Origin: the human T2T-CHM13v2.0 reference genome, Homo sapiens
NCBI RefSeq assembly: GCF_009914755.1
Contig: NC_060929.1
Direction: 5' to 3' (one strand)
DNA: 64,000 nt
Part shown: positions 1 through 15,735 of the stretch, piece by piece
How positions within the stretch are numbered: the first letter of the stretch is position 1
How the letters are laid out: the number at the start of each line of letters is the position of its first letter
Position numbers and translations under genes: made by a program
The notes under the pieces: model-generated
Database searches by the model: none
What the model was told of the DNA's origin: nothing
What the model saw: only the letters and a program-made list of their open reading frames with translations

Positions 1-1529
1 AACTTGACTGTATATGCTTATCTATTTAGTGGTTGGCAAATACAGAGACATCACAAAAATTAAAAGTGGTACTCTTTCAACTGAAAATAGTCAATAGACA
101 GCTAGTTAACTTTGGAAAAGAAATCATATTTTAAAAGTCAGGTTTAGATCTTGACGAAATTTTGTAAAAAGTGAATGATTTCATACACACCTTTTACAAC
201 GTTTTCACATGAAGACAACGTTTTATAAAAGAGTTGATATATGTTCTAATTCCAAAGAATCTCTAAAGTTCTATGAAGTAAGTCTTTTTATTCACAGCCA
301 CAACAGTCTTAGGGAGCAAAAACACAAATCACTTTGATAAGGCACCCCTCTGTAGACAAGCTTACTGATAAACATGAGAACAAATGAGCTCTTGAATTCT
401 TTAACAAACATGGAATCTGTTATTCAGATTTAATGGCTATATGGCCAATGCGTTTCCTTAATGTATGGGAGTTCTTGACAAGGAAAGACAACTGAGCAAT
501 TAACTCAGTGGAAGTCAGAAATTATGGGTGTTTTGCCACTTTCTTGGTTTCCAACAGGTGTCAGGTTATTGCTGTTAACACTCCAATTTGCATCTTTATA
601 GGGAACAACCTAATTGTAAGGAGAAACTCAAAGTGCCCTTTCTTCAGGAGTTACAGTTGCCTTAATGGAATTCCATTTAGAATACATGCTTTTACACTAA
701 GTAAACCACATAAATATTTAGGAAGTGGGGTTTTGTTACCTCTCTGGGCTACCAAATAAAATGTGACTTGCTGAAAAGAAGACATTAAGCACAGAAAGGG
801 ACAACTCTTTAAGAACTTGAATACATTCAAAAACCCATTGCCTCTATTCTATCAATAGCCTCACTGCATTGGGTCACACAACATGACCACTTAGTGGTAT
901 TCAGTCTCTGTATCCCTCCTGTCCTCATTTTTGTGATGATTTGGTCCCATCAGATCCTTTCCAAACCCTGAGCCAGCCCCAACATGAAAGAGGAGGGCTT
1001 TATGCAGCTCTAACCCAAAGCTCAGAAACCAGCACTGGTTTATCTCTGCTATTGAAGAGGCTTTGACCTTATCTGTCTATCTCTTTTCTCATTGGTTGAA
1101 TTCTCTACACAGTTTTGTCAGAGACTCTCACGGGGTGGTATGCGTGCAGTTTAGTATCATCTTGGGTACAGGGCTTCAAGTTATATAAAACCTTGGGGAA
1201 CTCCTATCCCAGGTCCCATGTAGCTCTGTTTTGACATGACTGCCTTGGCAAGGAACTAATGGGGATACCTCTGATGCTCTCAGAGTTTGGGAGGATAAAA
1301 AAGATCTTGAACCACTTGTATATAAATCCTCTTTTCCACCTTCCTCTCTCTACATTCCTATTACTTATAACTAGCCTTAGGCCTAAAATCACACAAACTG
1401 TTCCTGACAAATTTTTCTGGCACAAATTACCTGCTTGCACAAATCCCCAAATTTCATATACCCTTGGATTCTTCTATTCCATTTAGTAGCCTATTTGTTA
1501 GTATATTTTATCATTTTATAGTAACAGTA

Positions 1530-1760
1530 GTTATTTTTGTGCCTTCACTATGTACCAAAAATTATACTAAGTGTTTTATGGGTATTATCACATTTAAGCT
1601 TCATAATATCCCTGTGGGAAAATTCTCTGATGTGATAAACCTCATTTTACTTATGGAAAAAATAAATTTTATGAATTGGTATAATTTATCCAAAGACACA
1701 GAACAGTAAATGGTAAAGTAGTATTCACATACAAACAACATGGCTTCAGAAATGAAATCT
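1530..1760 (-). mobile_element. MIR SINE relic
   Basis: Degenerate MIR-like text (ctatgtacca...cataatatccctgtg...ctcattttac...aatttatccaaagacacagaacagtaaatggtaaag); boundaries approximate. Confidence 0.55.
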
Positions 1761-2369
1761 GTGTGTTGGAATGGTTTCCCTTGCCTTTAGTCTTCACTTT
1801 CTCCCTTCACCTCTTCAAGTTCTTCACCTTCTTCAAGGTCTCTTCATTCTCTACCCTGTGGCCAATTATTTAATATTGTTGTGTATTGCCCACCCTTCTT
1901 ATCTTTTGGAAAGCTTTGGCCTCTTGCATTAATCTTCTCATCACTTGCATATGTGATCTTCCTTTTGTGAAAATAGGAATAATTCTGGGTTTCAGTTTGC
2001 AGTTATTAACATGGCTATGCCCCTTAGTATGATAATTTATCCTCCTAAGGTGGGTAATGCTTAGTGTTTCTAGAAAGTAATGGCAGACACATGATAGTAG
2101 CGCAGATACCAGAATAGACCAGCTTTCAAAAAGATGCTAGAAAGATATATTGGTTCCATACTGAGTTTTATTTGAGTATTACAAAAGGAACCCATCTATG
2201 GCTTCCAATCTTCCTTGGAAAATTTTTTGAATGGCCACAGCATATGAATCATCATTTGAGTTGAGAGTGACAAGTCTTGGACAGTAGTTGTTTCAAAGCA
2301 GGTTCAATATGTATCTGAACAAGGGATTTCATACATACATTTGAATGTATTTATGTATATGCTCTCTTA

Positions 2370-2855
<486 letters not shown>

Positions 2856-3359
2856 CTATCTCATGGCAGGTGTACATAAAATAGAGCTGTTAGCAGAATA
2901 ATGAGCAACTTCTGGACTACATGGCTTAAGAGCTTTTTTTCCTGTTGTGAATGATACTTTAAGCAACAAAGTCAACTATGCATTCTTTCTGCAAACACCA
3001 GTCCTTTCTGAATCCATGTTATGCTTAGAAAAATAAGATTATAACCATTTACACGAGAGTAAAATGGTTAATCACTGAAAATTTAAAGCATACATATTTA
3101 AAATGACACAGCAAGGATTTCAGACATAGATATCAATATATTTCTAATGATATGAACTACTTCCTTCAGCTAACCTTTATTTGACATTGATATTAGTTTT
3201 TAATTCATTAATGTTGCACAAGAAGCTGCTCTGTACATAAAGATTTTCCCTTAGGTTTTTAGATAAAAATAACACCTCTGTTTCACTTAGCATCTTTGAT
3301 GATTCACGCACTTTTATTGTTAGAAAAAATAAGAAAATCACCTATATTCACAAGATTTT

Positions 3360-4120
3360 AACCATGGCAGTATAATTCAGGGGCATATATTATCAATCAC
3401 CACTTCGTACTGTTCCATTATAAAATTCAATACATCTTTCTAATTCTAAAAATAGTGTAAGCTCACTGTAAACAGTTCAGATAATGCAGTAATAGGGAAA
3501 GCACAAAGCACAAATTCTCTATCATCCCATATCCCATCACTAATTTGAATTATAGTCCACAAATCTTTGTCCGTTTAGCTCTATTCATTCTAATCAATTA
3601 TTTTCATTTTAATAAAAAATAAAGACATATCTTCCTGAAAAAGTTTAAAAAGTTATTACATGAACTTTAAACACCCTCTTCTTTTTGTTCCCTCATCATA
3701 TATGTAGCCACTGTTAGCTCATTTTATGTATCCTTTCTGAAAATTTATATATGATCTCTTTTATGTTTCTTTCACACGAATGGACAGAAATGGCACATTG
3801 TTCCATTTCAAGTAATTTTTGCTTTGCAATATGTCTCAGAGATTGTCAGCACAAAGCCATTTCACTTTTTTCAGCAAATATATGGTATTCAAAAATATGA
3901 ATATGTCAAAATTTATATGTAGTTCTATACTATTGGACATTTAGGAGGCTTTAATTTTTTCCTTTTACAAAGTATTTATGAATCAATCACCCTTGTACAA
4001 ATATCTCTGTGAACTTTTACTTGTACAGGAAATATAACCTTAGACATAGACATATCATTCAAAATTTTTATTAATTCTGTCTAGTATCCTTTCAGAAATA
4101 TTATCTCAATAAAGAATACT
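3360..4120 (-). mobile_element. Ancient L1 (L1ME-like) 3' fragments
   Basis: Degenerate antisense L1ME 3' text (atatggtattc...ctattggacatttagg...cttgtacaaatatctctgtg); boundaries approximate. Confidence 0.45.
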
Positions 4121-4589
4121 ACTAATAGTATATCACTTTTAGTTATGGTTGGTGGCATTGCAGCTGGGACTGTCTCCAAATTAATTTATATTAGTGTAAG
4201 CAATATGTTCATATGATTTCTGTTTCTCCACAATAGTAATTTTGCAAGGTTGGCTCTAACAAGATGAACTCTGAGTTCTTATGATCTAGGAATAAACAAT
4301 AAAGTCAGATCTACTTTATTGCATAACTAATCCAAAAGATACAGAAATCTGGGGGCTCTTAGAGCTTTATTCTGGACATTATCCCCAAAGTTAATGCAAC
4401 TGTTGGCAATTTTCCCAGACCTAGGGTTAGGAAGCTCAAGAGGCATATCAGTAGACACTAAAGAGTTTCCAAACTACCTGGCCTGCCATCTTCTCTAATC
4501 TCCCCAACGTTCTTCACTTTAAGTTTGGGATAACTCTTTATACAGCAAATGATGAGAATTTGTAAAGATGGGGTCACTAAACAAATGCT

Positions 4590-4835
4590 GTTGGATCTTG
4601 TCAAGTCCTTTGTTAAATGAAAAAGCAGTGTATGCTCTATGATCTCTCTCTAAAGTTGGAGTAAGCGAGAGAAAAATCTAGAAGGATATGTGCAAAAATA
4701 TCAACGTTAGTTATCTCTAGATAGTGAGATCACAAGGGTATTTAAATATTCTTCATTGTGTTTATCTTTATTTTGTAATGTTTTCTACAATTATATGCAC
4801 TGATTTTTTATAATAAGAAAAAATTTAATTTAAAA
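4590..4835 (+). mobile_element. Ancient L1 (L1ME-like) 3' end
   Basis: aaaatctagaaggatatg...gttatctctagatagtgagat...ttttctacaattatatgcactgattttttataataagaaaaaa resembles old L1 3' termini. Confidence 0.5.
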
Positions 4836-5866
4836 ACTCACAACCTATAAAAACCCAATTAGCAGCAAAGTAGAAGCAGAAATGATAACTACTAAGGTTG
4901 AATGGAAATAAACAAAGGTTAGTGAGTATCATGATGGGCCATGAATGTTAAATGTTTCCTTAATGTAGCGAATACTAAACGTGGGATCTTCAGGAGCCCA
5001 GCACATTCTCATCAGACATACATTGCAGATGTGAAATATTTAGGTTTATCATAGCTGTTTAACTCATAAGCCTAAGGATATATACACATCTGTCAGTAAA
5101 TTTATTGATATTATTTGCTTACCTTACCATGGGGTTTGTGTCAACTTATAACACCTCTTTGACAAAACTAATGCATAAATTAATTCTAGAACAATTCTTA
5201 TTTTCATTAATATGTATACTGAGAGGGTGAAATTTGTATTTGCTTTAACGAACACCAACAACATACTAACCACTAAGAACGAATCATGTGGCAAGCACCG
5301 TTCTAAGTTCTAAGCACTTTATAAGATATTATCTCTCATGAACTTCACAATCATCATAGGCCATGAATGCTACTATTGTCACCATTTTGTAATAAAAAAA
5401 GTTAATAAAAAGTAACTTACAACTTTAATTTCTTATTCTCCGACCTAGAGCCTGACAGAAAGAGTGAAGTGATATCCGTGGAGAAGGCAGACATGAAAAT
5501 ATCATAGAAACATAAATAACGGTCTAGATTACTTATACAGCCAAACCTGAAAAAAAATCCCTAGTCATTCATCAATCCCTTCATTCACTCAAAGAACATT
5601 TATTGTGCTCCTACTGGATTCAAAGTGCAGGGTTAATTCGTATGAGTTATACCACGAATTTGTGACACAGTCCTGGTCTACCCAATTTATTCTTTAAATT
5701 TTATCTAAATATTTTAAAATTCATCTTTTCTGAGACTTTCTAAAAGAAGAGAAATAGACCTAATTGACCCTATTTGAAAATACCACATTATTAATAAGTA
5801 TTGTAATATGAAATTAGATGTGAAATTAGAATGCCCGTTTAACTATCACTTAAAATAAAGGAGAGA

Positions 5867-6118
<252 letters not shown>

Positions 6119-7099
6119 TTAGTCTATTGCAGAAGGAAAATTAATGCTGATGTTCACAGGATCCCTTATAAATGATTTATGTGCCTTGGGTTGTCCCCAT
6201 GAAGCCCCCAGTCACTGATATGTTGTAAGCTTGTAAGCTACTGAAATTTACTTACCTCTGGAAAAGAAAATCTATTTTATGTTCACTTAAAACCCCTTAT
6301 CAAGTTTTTCACTTTGATTAATGAAATTATGTTTCATGCTTTTTCAAGTAATTACTTAATTACTAAATCAGCTACAATCCAATACCATTAGGAATAAAAT
6401 TCAATTTTAGTAACTTTATTGGTGTGATAAAATCTAAAAGCATTTCCAGGGTCAATATAGAAACTCCTCAGGCAGGATGGCATAAATTGATAGCAGTCAA
6501 AGGAATTACAGACCACATCCTCAACTGTGGAATGATTCCATTTTGGATACTTAGTTACTGCTTTTTTCTCAGAAGATTTTCTCGGAGCTTTTCTTCTTCT
6601 TAGCTTAATTTTAAAAAGTTTTGTTTTGTTCTTTTACAGGAAGAAAATCTGGAACTACTGACAATGTAATGATTAAAAATGTGGAGTTAAAGCTCAAGAG
6701 GAATGCAAGCATATGCAATAACAACGCTCACACTTAGGTTAGCCTTCATCGGCTTTCTTGTAACTTCTTTATTTGTTAATGTGAAGAAGGAAATATAATT
6801 ATTTATATTTTTGAATCTAAACATAGTGTTTTTCTATAAGGGCTTAAAAATCCAGAAACTGATGAGATCAATTGAAATTTTAAAATCTTCTAGTTACTAC
6901 CTAGGCAAATTTTCCAAATCCAAATAATTTCTTTAACTTCATTGTCCTAATGTACAAGATAAAAATAATTATATATTATAATTATAAATACCTCACCAAC
7001 CTCCACGTAATTGTCATAAAGATAAAAATATACGCTAAAGTCCTTTTTCAAGTCTAAGGAGGTTTTAACTTATTTATCAAAGATTTGTTGATATTAATA

Positions 7100-7340
7100 A
7101 GCAATTTATTGAATATTTCCTATGTACCAGGAAGCATATCTAGTAACTACACATATGTATGTGTAGGTATATATATGCACATATATAATTCATTTAATAC
7201 ACAAAATAAACATGAGGTTGGCCTTAATATCAGCATTTCACAAGTGAGAAAGTAGTTTAAGAGGCTTAGAATTTTGCCTAATAAATGCAACTCATAAATG
7301 GTATAATTCAACACCAGGCTTACCGAGCTATCTGATATTC
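7100..7340 (-). mobile_element. MIR relic
   Basis: atttattgaatatttcctatgtaccagg...cagcatttcacaagtgagaaa...gaggcttagaattttgccta. Confidence 0.5.
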
Positions 7341-7589
7341 TATGCTAGGGTGCCAGTTGCTTTGAAACCCAAAAGAATCTGAATTTAGACAGCTGGAGAG
7401 AAGTTGTAATTGTTATCTGAACACATTTTTTAAACAGCACTATAAAAATCCTAATTATCTTTGCAAATATAAGATGGAAGTATGAATTATTTTTTTTTTC
7501 CTGGAAGCTGCCACGATGGATGTCTTGATTAATATTTCCTAAAGAAAATGGAATGTATGGTTACCACATTGTGTCAACATTGTTGTGTT

Positions 7590-7990
7590 ATTTTAGAAAT
7601 GTATTGACTTGGGAGTGGCCAGTGTCTCAACCTCTGTTTCTCTACAGTTTTCTCGGCTTTGCTTGTCTCCAGTATCTAGTTAGGATCAGAGGCATTTTTC
7701 ATACAAGGCTAAAAAGACAAAAGCAGTAATTACAGATTCACATCCAAACCCCATGATATCCAGAAGAAGTCAGGGAGTAATAAGCATCCTTTAGTAAGAG
7801 CAAGGAAATTTCTTTTCCAAAAGAATTGGAAATTTTTCCCTCACTACATTTCGGCCCTCAATGTACAATGCCAGATTCCTGACCCAATTCCTATCTTTAG
7901 GGCGCTAATGGTCCCAAGCCTGAGTTCCTGAATCAATCACTCTGCCAAAGAGAAAGGGATTTCCTTTAGAACAATTGTTCTGCTCTCCTT
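7590..7990 (-). mobile_element. Old MaLR LTR (MLT1-like) relic
   Basis: Degenerate MLT1-like text (aagagcaaggaaatttcttttcc...cctgacccaattcc...cctgaatcaatcact). Confidence 0.4.
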
Positions 7991-8029
7991 AGGCAGAGCA
8001 ACATGAATCTGCTCATAATGAACCCTGTC

Positions 8030-8230
8030 AGACTCCTGGGTTCACACCTAGCTTTCCCACATACTTAAGTCCCTTAATCTCTTCATGTTTTGCTCCCACG
8101 TGTAAAAAGTGAGGATAATAACAGCGTCTGCCTGATAAGGTGGTGGTAGGCATTAAAGAAGTTAATATTCATAAAAATGTTTTTAAAATGCCTCACACAT
8201 AAAATAAGTGTTACTTAGGTCTTAAATAAA
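8030..8230 (+). mobile_element. MIR relic
   Basis: cagactcctgggttcacacc...cttaagtcccttaatctc...tgtaaaaagtgaggataataacag. Confidence 0.6.
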
Positions 8231-8740
8231 CCCATGAAATCTACTTGAATAGTGAGAAACACAGCATTGCCACAGTGGCCTAAAACTTCTCAACCACACA
8301 TCTTTTGTTTTAGAGTCTCTATGCAAATGTCCCTTTTAATGTCTATTTTCACTTCATTAATGTTTCTACCACACTCCTCAAACACACGGTGAAATCAGCA
8401 CCATGGTTTGTCTACTTCTCATGGTGCTGGATTCTTTCACGCCTCTAAATAGTTCTACATATCTATCTCCTTGTATTTCTATACCTTTATAATATGAGAA
8501 GGAGTTAGGCCACCCTGTTTTGACACCTGCACAACTCTTTATTATAACCCCAGTACTTGTTAATATTCTTCCCAGTGTGTACATCTATGCCTTGTTGTCA
8601 ATATTCTGTCAAGATTTTGACCACAGGTGGGGATGATCTAACCTATTTTTCCCCTATCTTTGTCCATCTGCTTTTACTCCAGTTGTTATAGTTCTGATTT
8701 GAAAAGTGCTATTTGAATTAGAGCATCCTAAAATATTTTA

Positions 8741-9039
8741 TTTATTTATTTTTTATTTCTTTTAGAGACAGCGTCTTGCTCTGTCACCCAGGCTGGAGTT
8801 CAGTGGTGCAATCATGGCTCACTGCAGCCTCGAACTTCCAGGCTCATGTGATTCTCCTTAGCCTCCCAAGTAGGTAGCACTACAGGTATGCCCACCACGC
8901 CCAGATAATTTTTAAATTTTTTGTAAAGACAGGGTCCCACTGTGTTGCTCAGGTTGGTCTTGAACTCCTGGACTCAAGCAATCCTCCCACCTTGGCCTCC
9001 AAAAGTGCTGGGATCACAGGCTTAATATCACACCAGGCC
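8741..9039 (-). mobile_element. AluJ
   Basis: Antisense Alu with J-type text (gcagcctcgaacttcc, ggactcaagcaatcctcccacc); degenerate TSD cctaa(a/t)atatttta. Confidence 0.95.
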
Positions 9040-9374
9040 CTAATATATTTTAATATCATTTTTACTTTCAACATTTAACCTCTCTATGGTCACTATTTCC
9101 CAGTAACATTCTAGACCAATTTTCACAAATATTGAGATGATTTTAAGTAGTTGAAAAAATGCTTTATGTATTTCTTTCACTATTCATCAGAAAAAATAAA
9201 ACCAGCATATGAAATCTATTTTAAGGATATTATTGCTAATTTCATTTTAGTAAAATGTGGAATAATTTTTTTAATGTTAGTTTTTACTTAAAATGGTGGT
9301 AAATGGACATAGAAAAAATTCTGGCTATCAGAACAAATGACTGATTTTTGGAAACACCAAAAACAGTGATAACT

Positions 9375-9450
9375 ACACACATACACACACACACAGACAC
9401 ACACAGACACACATACACATACAGACACACACAGACACACACACACACAC
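9375..9450. repeat. Imperfect (CA)n microsatellite
   Basis: Seen directly. Confidence 0.95.
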
Positions 9451-11215
9451 AAAGAGAGAAAGACCTTCAGAGCACAGTAGTAATCAGAGAGGTAATAATA
9501 AAGAATTCATTGCATTTTATAGCAATTTAATTCTTTTAGTGTATGCTCACAAATGTATATGTTACTGCCAGTCTCGCAAAATAACCCTTTAGTTTAGTAT
9601 AAGATATACTCATAAAATTTCAGAGACAAAAAGGACCCCAGAGACTGTATTCTTCATGAATTCTTTGCTCTTTAAATGTTTAAAAGGAGGTCTAGAAATG
9701 TAATGACAAGTCACACAGCCAGGTGGCGGCACATTTTTGGATTGGAATCTTAATCTCCAGATCCCCAAATCAGTGTTTGTTAGTTTGTTGGTGTTTTTAC
9801 TGTACCAAACCACCTACTCCATAGTTATTCTTCTGTTAAGCGTGGAAAAAACTGTGGCTCTAGTGCTAAGGCAAGACTAGAAACCAGTTTCAATGAGTCA
9901 AGCCCCATACTATTTCTCCTATCTGCTAAGCCACAAATATGAGAGTGTCACAAAATCCATTTTCCTACAATCATATAGTAGAACATGATTATTGTCAAAT
10001 GTGCAAAATAATTATCACAAATATCTTGTACCAGTTTTTGATGTCTTACCTAAGCCACTCTTATTTAAAATAGTTTGTTCTTTTAGCAGCACAAGAAGGA
10101 AATTAGAGGTAGCTATATAAAATGTATTAACATTCCCTTAGCAATCAATCTCAATTATGTATAAGTTATCATGTGTTGGTCTCATTTACAAACTGAATTT
10201 CTACTGACTATTTTTCTCTTATTTCCAACTGAATTGGTTTTAGTGTGGGATATCTGTGCTAGATCTTAAAAGAACTCTCTGGGAGTTCTTTAGCTTTATT
10301 CTTAAGGCAAGCGAAAGAGGTGATAATCTAGAATACTTGCAGCTCAAATAAGTGATTAAAGAAGCATCATTATTCACAGACAGTGGATATGAAAGGATTG
10401 CAACAAGTAGGCAACCATATTAACTGAGTCCCTAGAGGGAGGAAGTGGATGATTTTGACAAATGCATGCTCCAAAACAAAGACCTGATAGGTAAAATGCA
10501 AAAGTAATTGTTGAGCATCAACATTTTTCTTGTCACATAGATCTATTAACACTAGTTCAGGGTCTCATTATGGAAAGACTGAACTGCTTTTTATTCACTG
10601 GATTTATACATTTGCTGCAGGGAGATTTTCTAGTTTACATTTTTCATTGCATGACTATTCAGTAAATATTCTGCTTGTGTTGCTGGGATCTCTCTTACAG
10701 TCCTGAGTCTTGCAAAGCCACCCTGGAGTCATCCACTGTTTTCCTTCCTACACACCTTTCTGGGTCTTTTTGGGCTGCTCTTTGCCATCTCATCCTATCT
10801 TATCTCATTCTTTTGTTGGCTGCTTATTCACATACATTTGTATGTAGAACTTCAGTTTTCTTAAAATTACACAGAAAATCCCCAAATGAGAAATATGGTC
10901 CTCTTGCTGCAATCCAGTTTTAGAAGATTGGTGTGAGAGTGTGCCTAAATTTATAGTCAGATGAATTTTTTAAAATATTTACATTTTTTAGATGATTGTA
11001 AATTTTGAACACAAATTCAAGATGTGCTTTCAGAATTGTCAGCTCTGGTTAACTTTCTCCATATACAGTACTTAATCTCTAACTATTCTGTAATTGCTTT
11101 TCTGTAACTTTTAATCGTTTCCTTCATAATCTTACTCAAGCATTTGCTTTTTGATCTGTTTATTTAGATTACCAATGTCTTTATTTTCTCTTGCCATTGC
11201 TTTGATTATATACTT

Positions 11216-11512
<297 letters not shown>

Positions 11513-11781
11513 GATGATATACTTACTTTTTGACTTTATGTTCATGTCAAGTATTTTTAGTTATATATAGCACACTCAAAGAATAAATAAACTACATCAG
11601 GCATCTTTTAACCATTTAAACTTTTCAAACATATTACGCATAATAATCACTACATTGTTATTCTGTAATCTTAGCCCCTTAACACCAGTAGTCTATAAAA
11701 TGCTACTTATTACATAAAGTAAACCATTTTAAAAGTTAAAAAGCTGATGTCACCTTTTGCTTAAACATTTTAATTATTGGC

Positions 11782-12105
11782 TGCAATGAATGGAATGTTT
11801 ACATCCCCCCAAGATTCATATGTTGAAATTTTAACCCCCAAGGCGATGGTATTAAGAGGTGGGGCTTTTAGGCTGTGATTAGTGTCCTTATAACAGAGAC
11901 CCCAGAAACTTCCTTGCCCTCTCTGCTACGTGAGGTTATACCGAGAAGAGAGCCGATCTCTGAGGAAGCAGACCCTCACAGACACAAAATCTGCGGACAC
12001 CTTGATCTTGGACTTCCAGCCTCCAGTACTGTGAAAAATAAATTTCTGTTTTCTAATAAGCCACCCAGTCTATATTATTTTGTTACAGCAGCCCAAATAA
12101 GATAT
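11782..12105 (+). mobile_element. MaLR solo LTR, MLT1A-like
   Basis: gattcatatgttgaaat...ggtattaagaggtggggc...ccttgatcttggacttccagcctccag...aataaatttctg...tttgttacagcagccc. Confidence 0.85.
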
Positions 12106-15100
12106 TGATTATTTGCTATTTTATATTATATTAAGAACTGCATTTATTTGTAAAAATCTTGCCATTTGCCTACTTGTGTAGCTACACCAGTTGTTAAGAT
12201 CAGTATTTGAAATATACTGTTTACTGCCTAACATTTATAAGACATAATTCAGTATGAGTGCCATAACTTTTCATTGATTCATTCACTCAACATATATTTT
12301 AAGAACCTACCTTTGCTTCACATAGTGAAATACCAACTTATCATAGACATATATTTTAAATTTATATCATTTACACAGGGGCTTTGTAAAATATTTTTCT
12401 CAAAAAATTGAGCTAATAAAAATCAAATCAAAATTGATTTTTTTAATGTAGAAATCCTTTTCAATACAGGAAATAAACCCCTTTTTTTGAAAGTTAATAC
12501 GCATGATAATGTAATTATTGGAAATTATGAAGGTCCTTTTACCGTAGTATACCCCAACATACAATCCCTGAAGATTCAACCTTTTAATTTCTCCATCCAT
12601 GTCACTGGAAATCTAATAAAACCTGTTTGTGTGTACCATATTTTCCCCAAATAACTCAAAGTGGTTATGTAAATATCTTTTTTTAAGTCACAGCTCATAT
12701 CAATCACGTAGTCTAGTCTGTTGTCTCTATTTTATAAATGGAAAGTTAGACGCAAACAGACAAAAAGGCAAATGTCTAAGAAAGATTTTAAGGATGAGTA
12801 AGAGTTTATGTATGAACCAACAGTAGATGGAAGAGTAGAGCATTTCAAACAACATATGGAAAAGAATGAAAGCATAACATTACAGACTGTCTATTCCTCT
12901 CTTGTGTTTCACTGTATATTTCATTCATTCCTCCAAATCACGTCATCTGTAACTAAATATAGCAGATGAACTTGAACATACATAGAGAGAATTTTTTTTT
13001 GTTTTTCCAGCATCAAACCTGGCATGAAGTAAGAGACTCAAAAATTATTTGGGCTTCTACAGAATCAGATGAGTAAATACTTCCTCAAACTACCACATTA
13101 TATGGTAATAGCTAAAAACTCTGATTTCTGATCTTCTCATTTTCATTCTTGCAACACAAATCAGCATGTTGAGGACCTACCACGTGCCCAATATTATATC
13201 AGGTATAGAAAAAATGTCTGACATGCCCCCATATTGAAGAAAGGAAATAATAACATATTTCGTGTGGGTCCACTGTTACTTCTTAGATTCTAACGTAATC
13301 TTGAGAAGAACAAACTTTTCTCCATGTAATGAAAAAGAATAGTGCAGATTGCCAATGCATAACACATTTACCCTGCTGAATTGCCCTTGCTTAGGTAAAT
13401 GTGGATGTGCTGACTCCTCTCCCAGAGGACCAAGTATTCCCCATCCTGACTCCTCCTGTTCTCTTTGATATTTCTGACATGGAGTGGCTAAAGATTGTCC
13501 CTACTCATGTTTCCTGCTGTTCTTGAGATCACACAAAGGAGAGTGTGGTATAATTTAAGGGATACAGGCTTTAGGAGCCATATCAATATTTTTTCACCAC
13601 CCCCTCCCCTAGATTTACTACTTTTAGCCTTGTTACCTTGGTAAAATCCTTCTATGCCTCAATTTCCTTTCCATTCTTAAATTAGTAGACTTAAATAGGA
13701 TACCATGATAATGCCTGTAAAGTAACTGGTACAATTCCTAGTGTACAATAGGTATCAATGGCTGTAAATTTCCTACCTCCCTTATCCTTTTTCATGAAAG
13801 AAAATTTATTCGAAGGCTGCCATATTATAAAGGTCATTAAGTCCAACTCCCTCCAGGAAGCAGGAATAATTCAAATATATGTGGGTAATCACATCAAAGT
13901 AGTGTCTTAACTATTAGTAAGCCCAATCAATAAAAATAAATCCTGTACTCTCCTAGAGAAGTTTTCTCAACATCCCAGTGACATGCTAAAAACTGTTTAC
14001 TTATATTTACTTATGGGAGTCCTGCCATCTAGATTAGCATAAATACTGTAATCTGCATTCTACATATACATTTTTGGTTTGTACACAATAGTACTTACCA
14101 AGATTGTAATCACTGTATTTGCTAAACCCAAAATAGCTGAAGCTTTATGAACAGATTATGCTATGATGTACATATCTTAAAACTATTCCATTTTAATTTG
14201 TAGACAAAGCTATTATTTACTTTGAATAATAATACTTTGCTGTTTGTTAACTTGCCTCTCAGGTTCTAATTTGGATGGATGCCTTGGTCTAAAAAAGAGC
14301 TTTGCCCTTTGCTATCACTCTTCCTTGTCCTCTCCTTACTACCGTGACCCACTTCTCAGAGTGAAATCATAGGGCAGAAGCTTCGATAAGATATTTCTTC
14401 CGCCCTCTCTGCTGACACTTTCCCTTTCCCAGCTTCCATTCCAAAATTGTTTGAACATTTTACTGCTGCACATTCTCTCCAGACACCCAGGAATTCTGTA
14501 CTAAATTAAGCATTCCTTTATTGCCAATGGACTGATACACCCAGTACTTAATCCCTGGGGTCTCTTTGCCGCTATTTAATGTACCACTGCTCATGAATTG
14601 ATGCTGTCCAGTTTTCACAGAAGACTGAAAACTGAACATTTCCTTTGCTTTATGGTGCTTGACACTTTGGCCACATTTGCTTTTCACTCTTCTCACATGA
14701 CTTGTATCACCAAAGGGCAATGGCTGAGTAAGAGAGGCAAAATGTAATGTTTCTACATCTTTGCTTTCTATAAAATGCCTAGCAAAGAATTGTTTCCTTG
14801 TGATGCCCCAGGAATCATATCCCTCATTGCCCTTCCCTTCTCTTTAACTTTACTGAGTAGAAATGAGTGTCATTTAGAATAGGGGTGCCCATCCCCCAGG
14901 CCATGACTGGTACTGCCTTCAGTTTCATCTCCTTGAAATTGATATAATTTAATCAGATCATGATCTCTAGAAGCATTCATTCAATGGTGACTATTTTACT
15001 AGTATATTCTAATGATCCAGCATGTCTACAGTGTTTTCTGTACAATTACTCTACCTGTATGTATGTTTTTCTTATCAGACAGTATTCTTATGGCTATTAA

Positions 15101-15184
15101 GTATGATGTTGCCTTTACTTCTTTCTTGTGAGCCACTATCTGTGAATATATTTTTTAAAATCACGTTTTCATCCCACGACTGTC

Positions 15185-15735
15185 GGCACTGCACTGTGGT
15201 TAAGAATGTGAGCCCTGGAATTCTGTCTTTGTCATAGACTAGTTTTGTAAGTTTGGAAAAATCACTGAAGATCTATAATTTGGTGATCACTTCTGTAAAG
15301 GAGAAAAACCTAGGCCAGGGGTGGTGGTTCACGCTTGAAATCTCAACACTTTGGAAAGCTGACACAGTAGGATGGCTTGAGCCCAGGAGTTCTGGGCAAC
15401 ATGGTGAGACTCTATCTCTACAAAAAATTTAAAAAAATAGCTAGGCGTGGTGGTGCATGCCCATAGTCCCATCTACACAGGAGGATGAGGGCTTAGGTAG
15501 GAGGATTGCTTGAGCCCATGAGTTTGAAGCTACAGTGAATGAAGATCACCCCCTGCACTCCAGCCTGGGCAACAAAGCAAGACTCTGTCAAAAAAAAAAA
15601 AAAAAAAAAAAGGAAATAAAAACCTTGGCATCTAATTCACAGGATCATTGTGAAAATTAAATAAGTTAATGTTTGCAAAGCCCTGAGAACAGTGGTTGGC
15701 ACATATTAAATGTTCAATAAATGACCATTATTATT
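15185..15735 (+). mobile_element. MIR split by AluJ
   Basis: gtggttaagaatgtgagccctgga... left of the Alu; cacaggatcattgtgaaaattaaataagttaatg...ggcacatattaaatgttcaataaatg right of it. Confidence 0.65.
15313..15611 (+). mobile_element. AluJ
   Basis: ggatggcttgagcccaggagtt, ggattgcttgagccc J diagnostics; poly(A) tail. Confidence 0.95.

Noticed and set aside
860-1385. Possible ancient LTR (TATA-like tatataaaa, higher GC)
   Set aside because: Could not identify termini, TSD or a family from sequence alone
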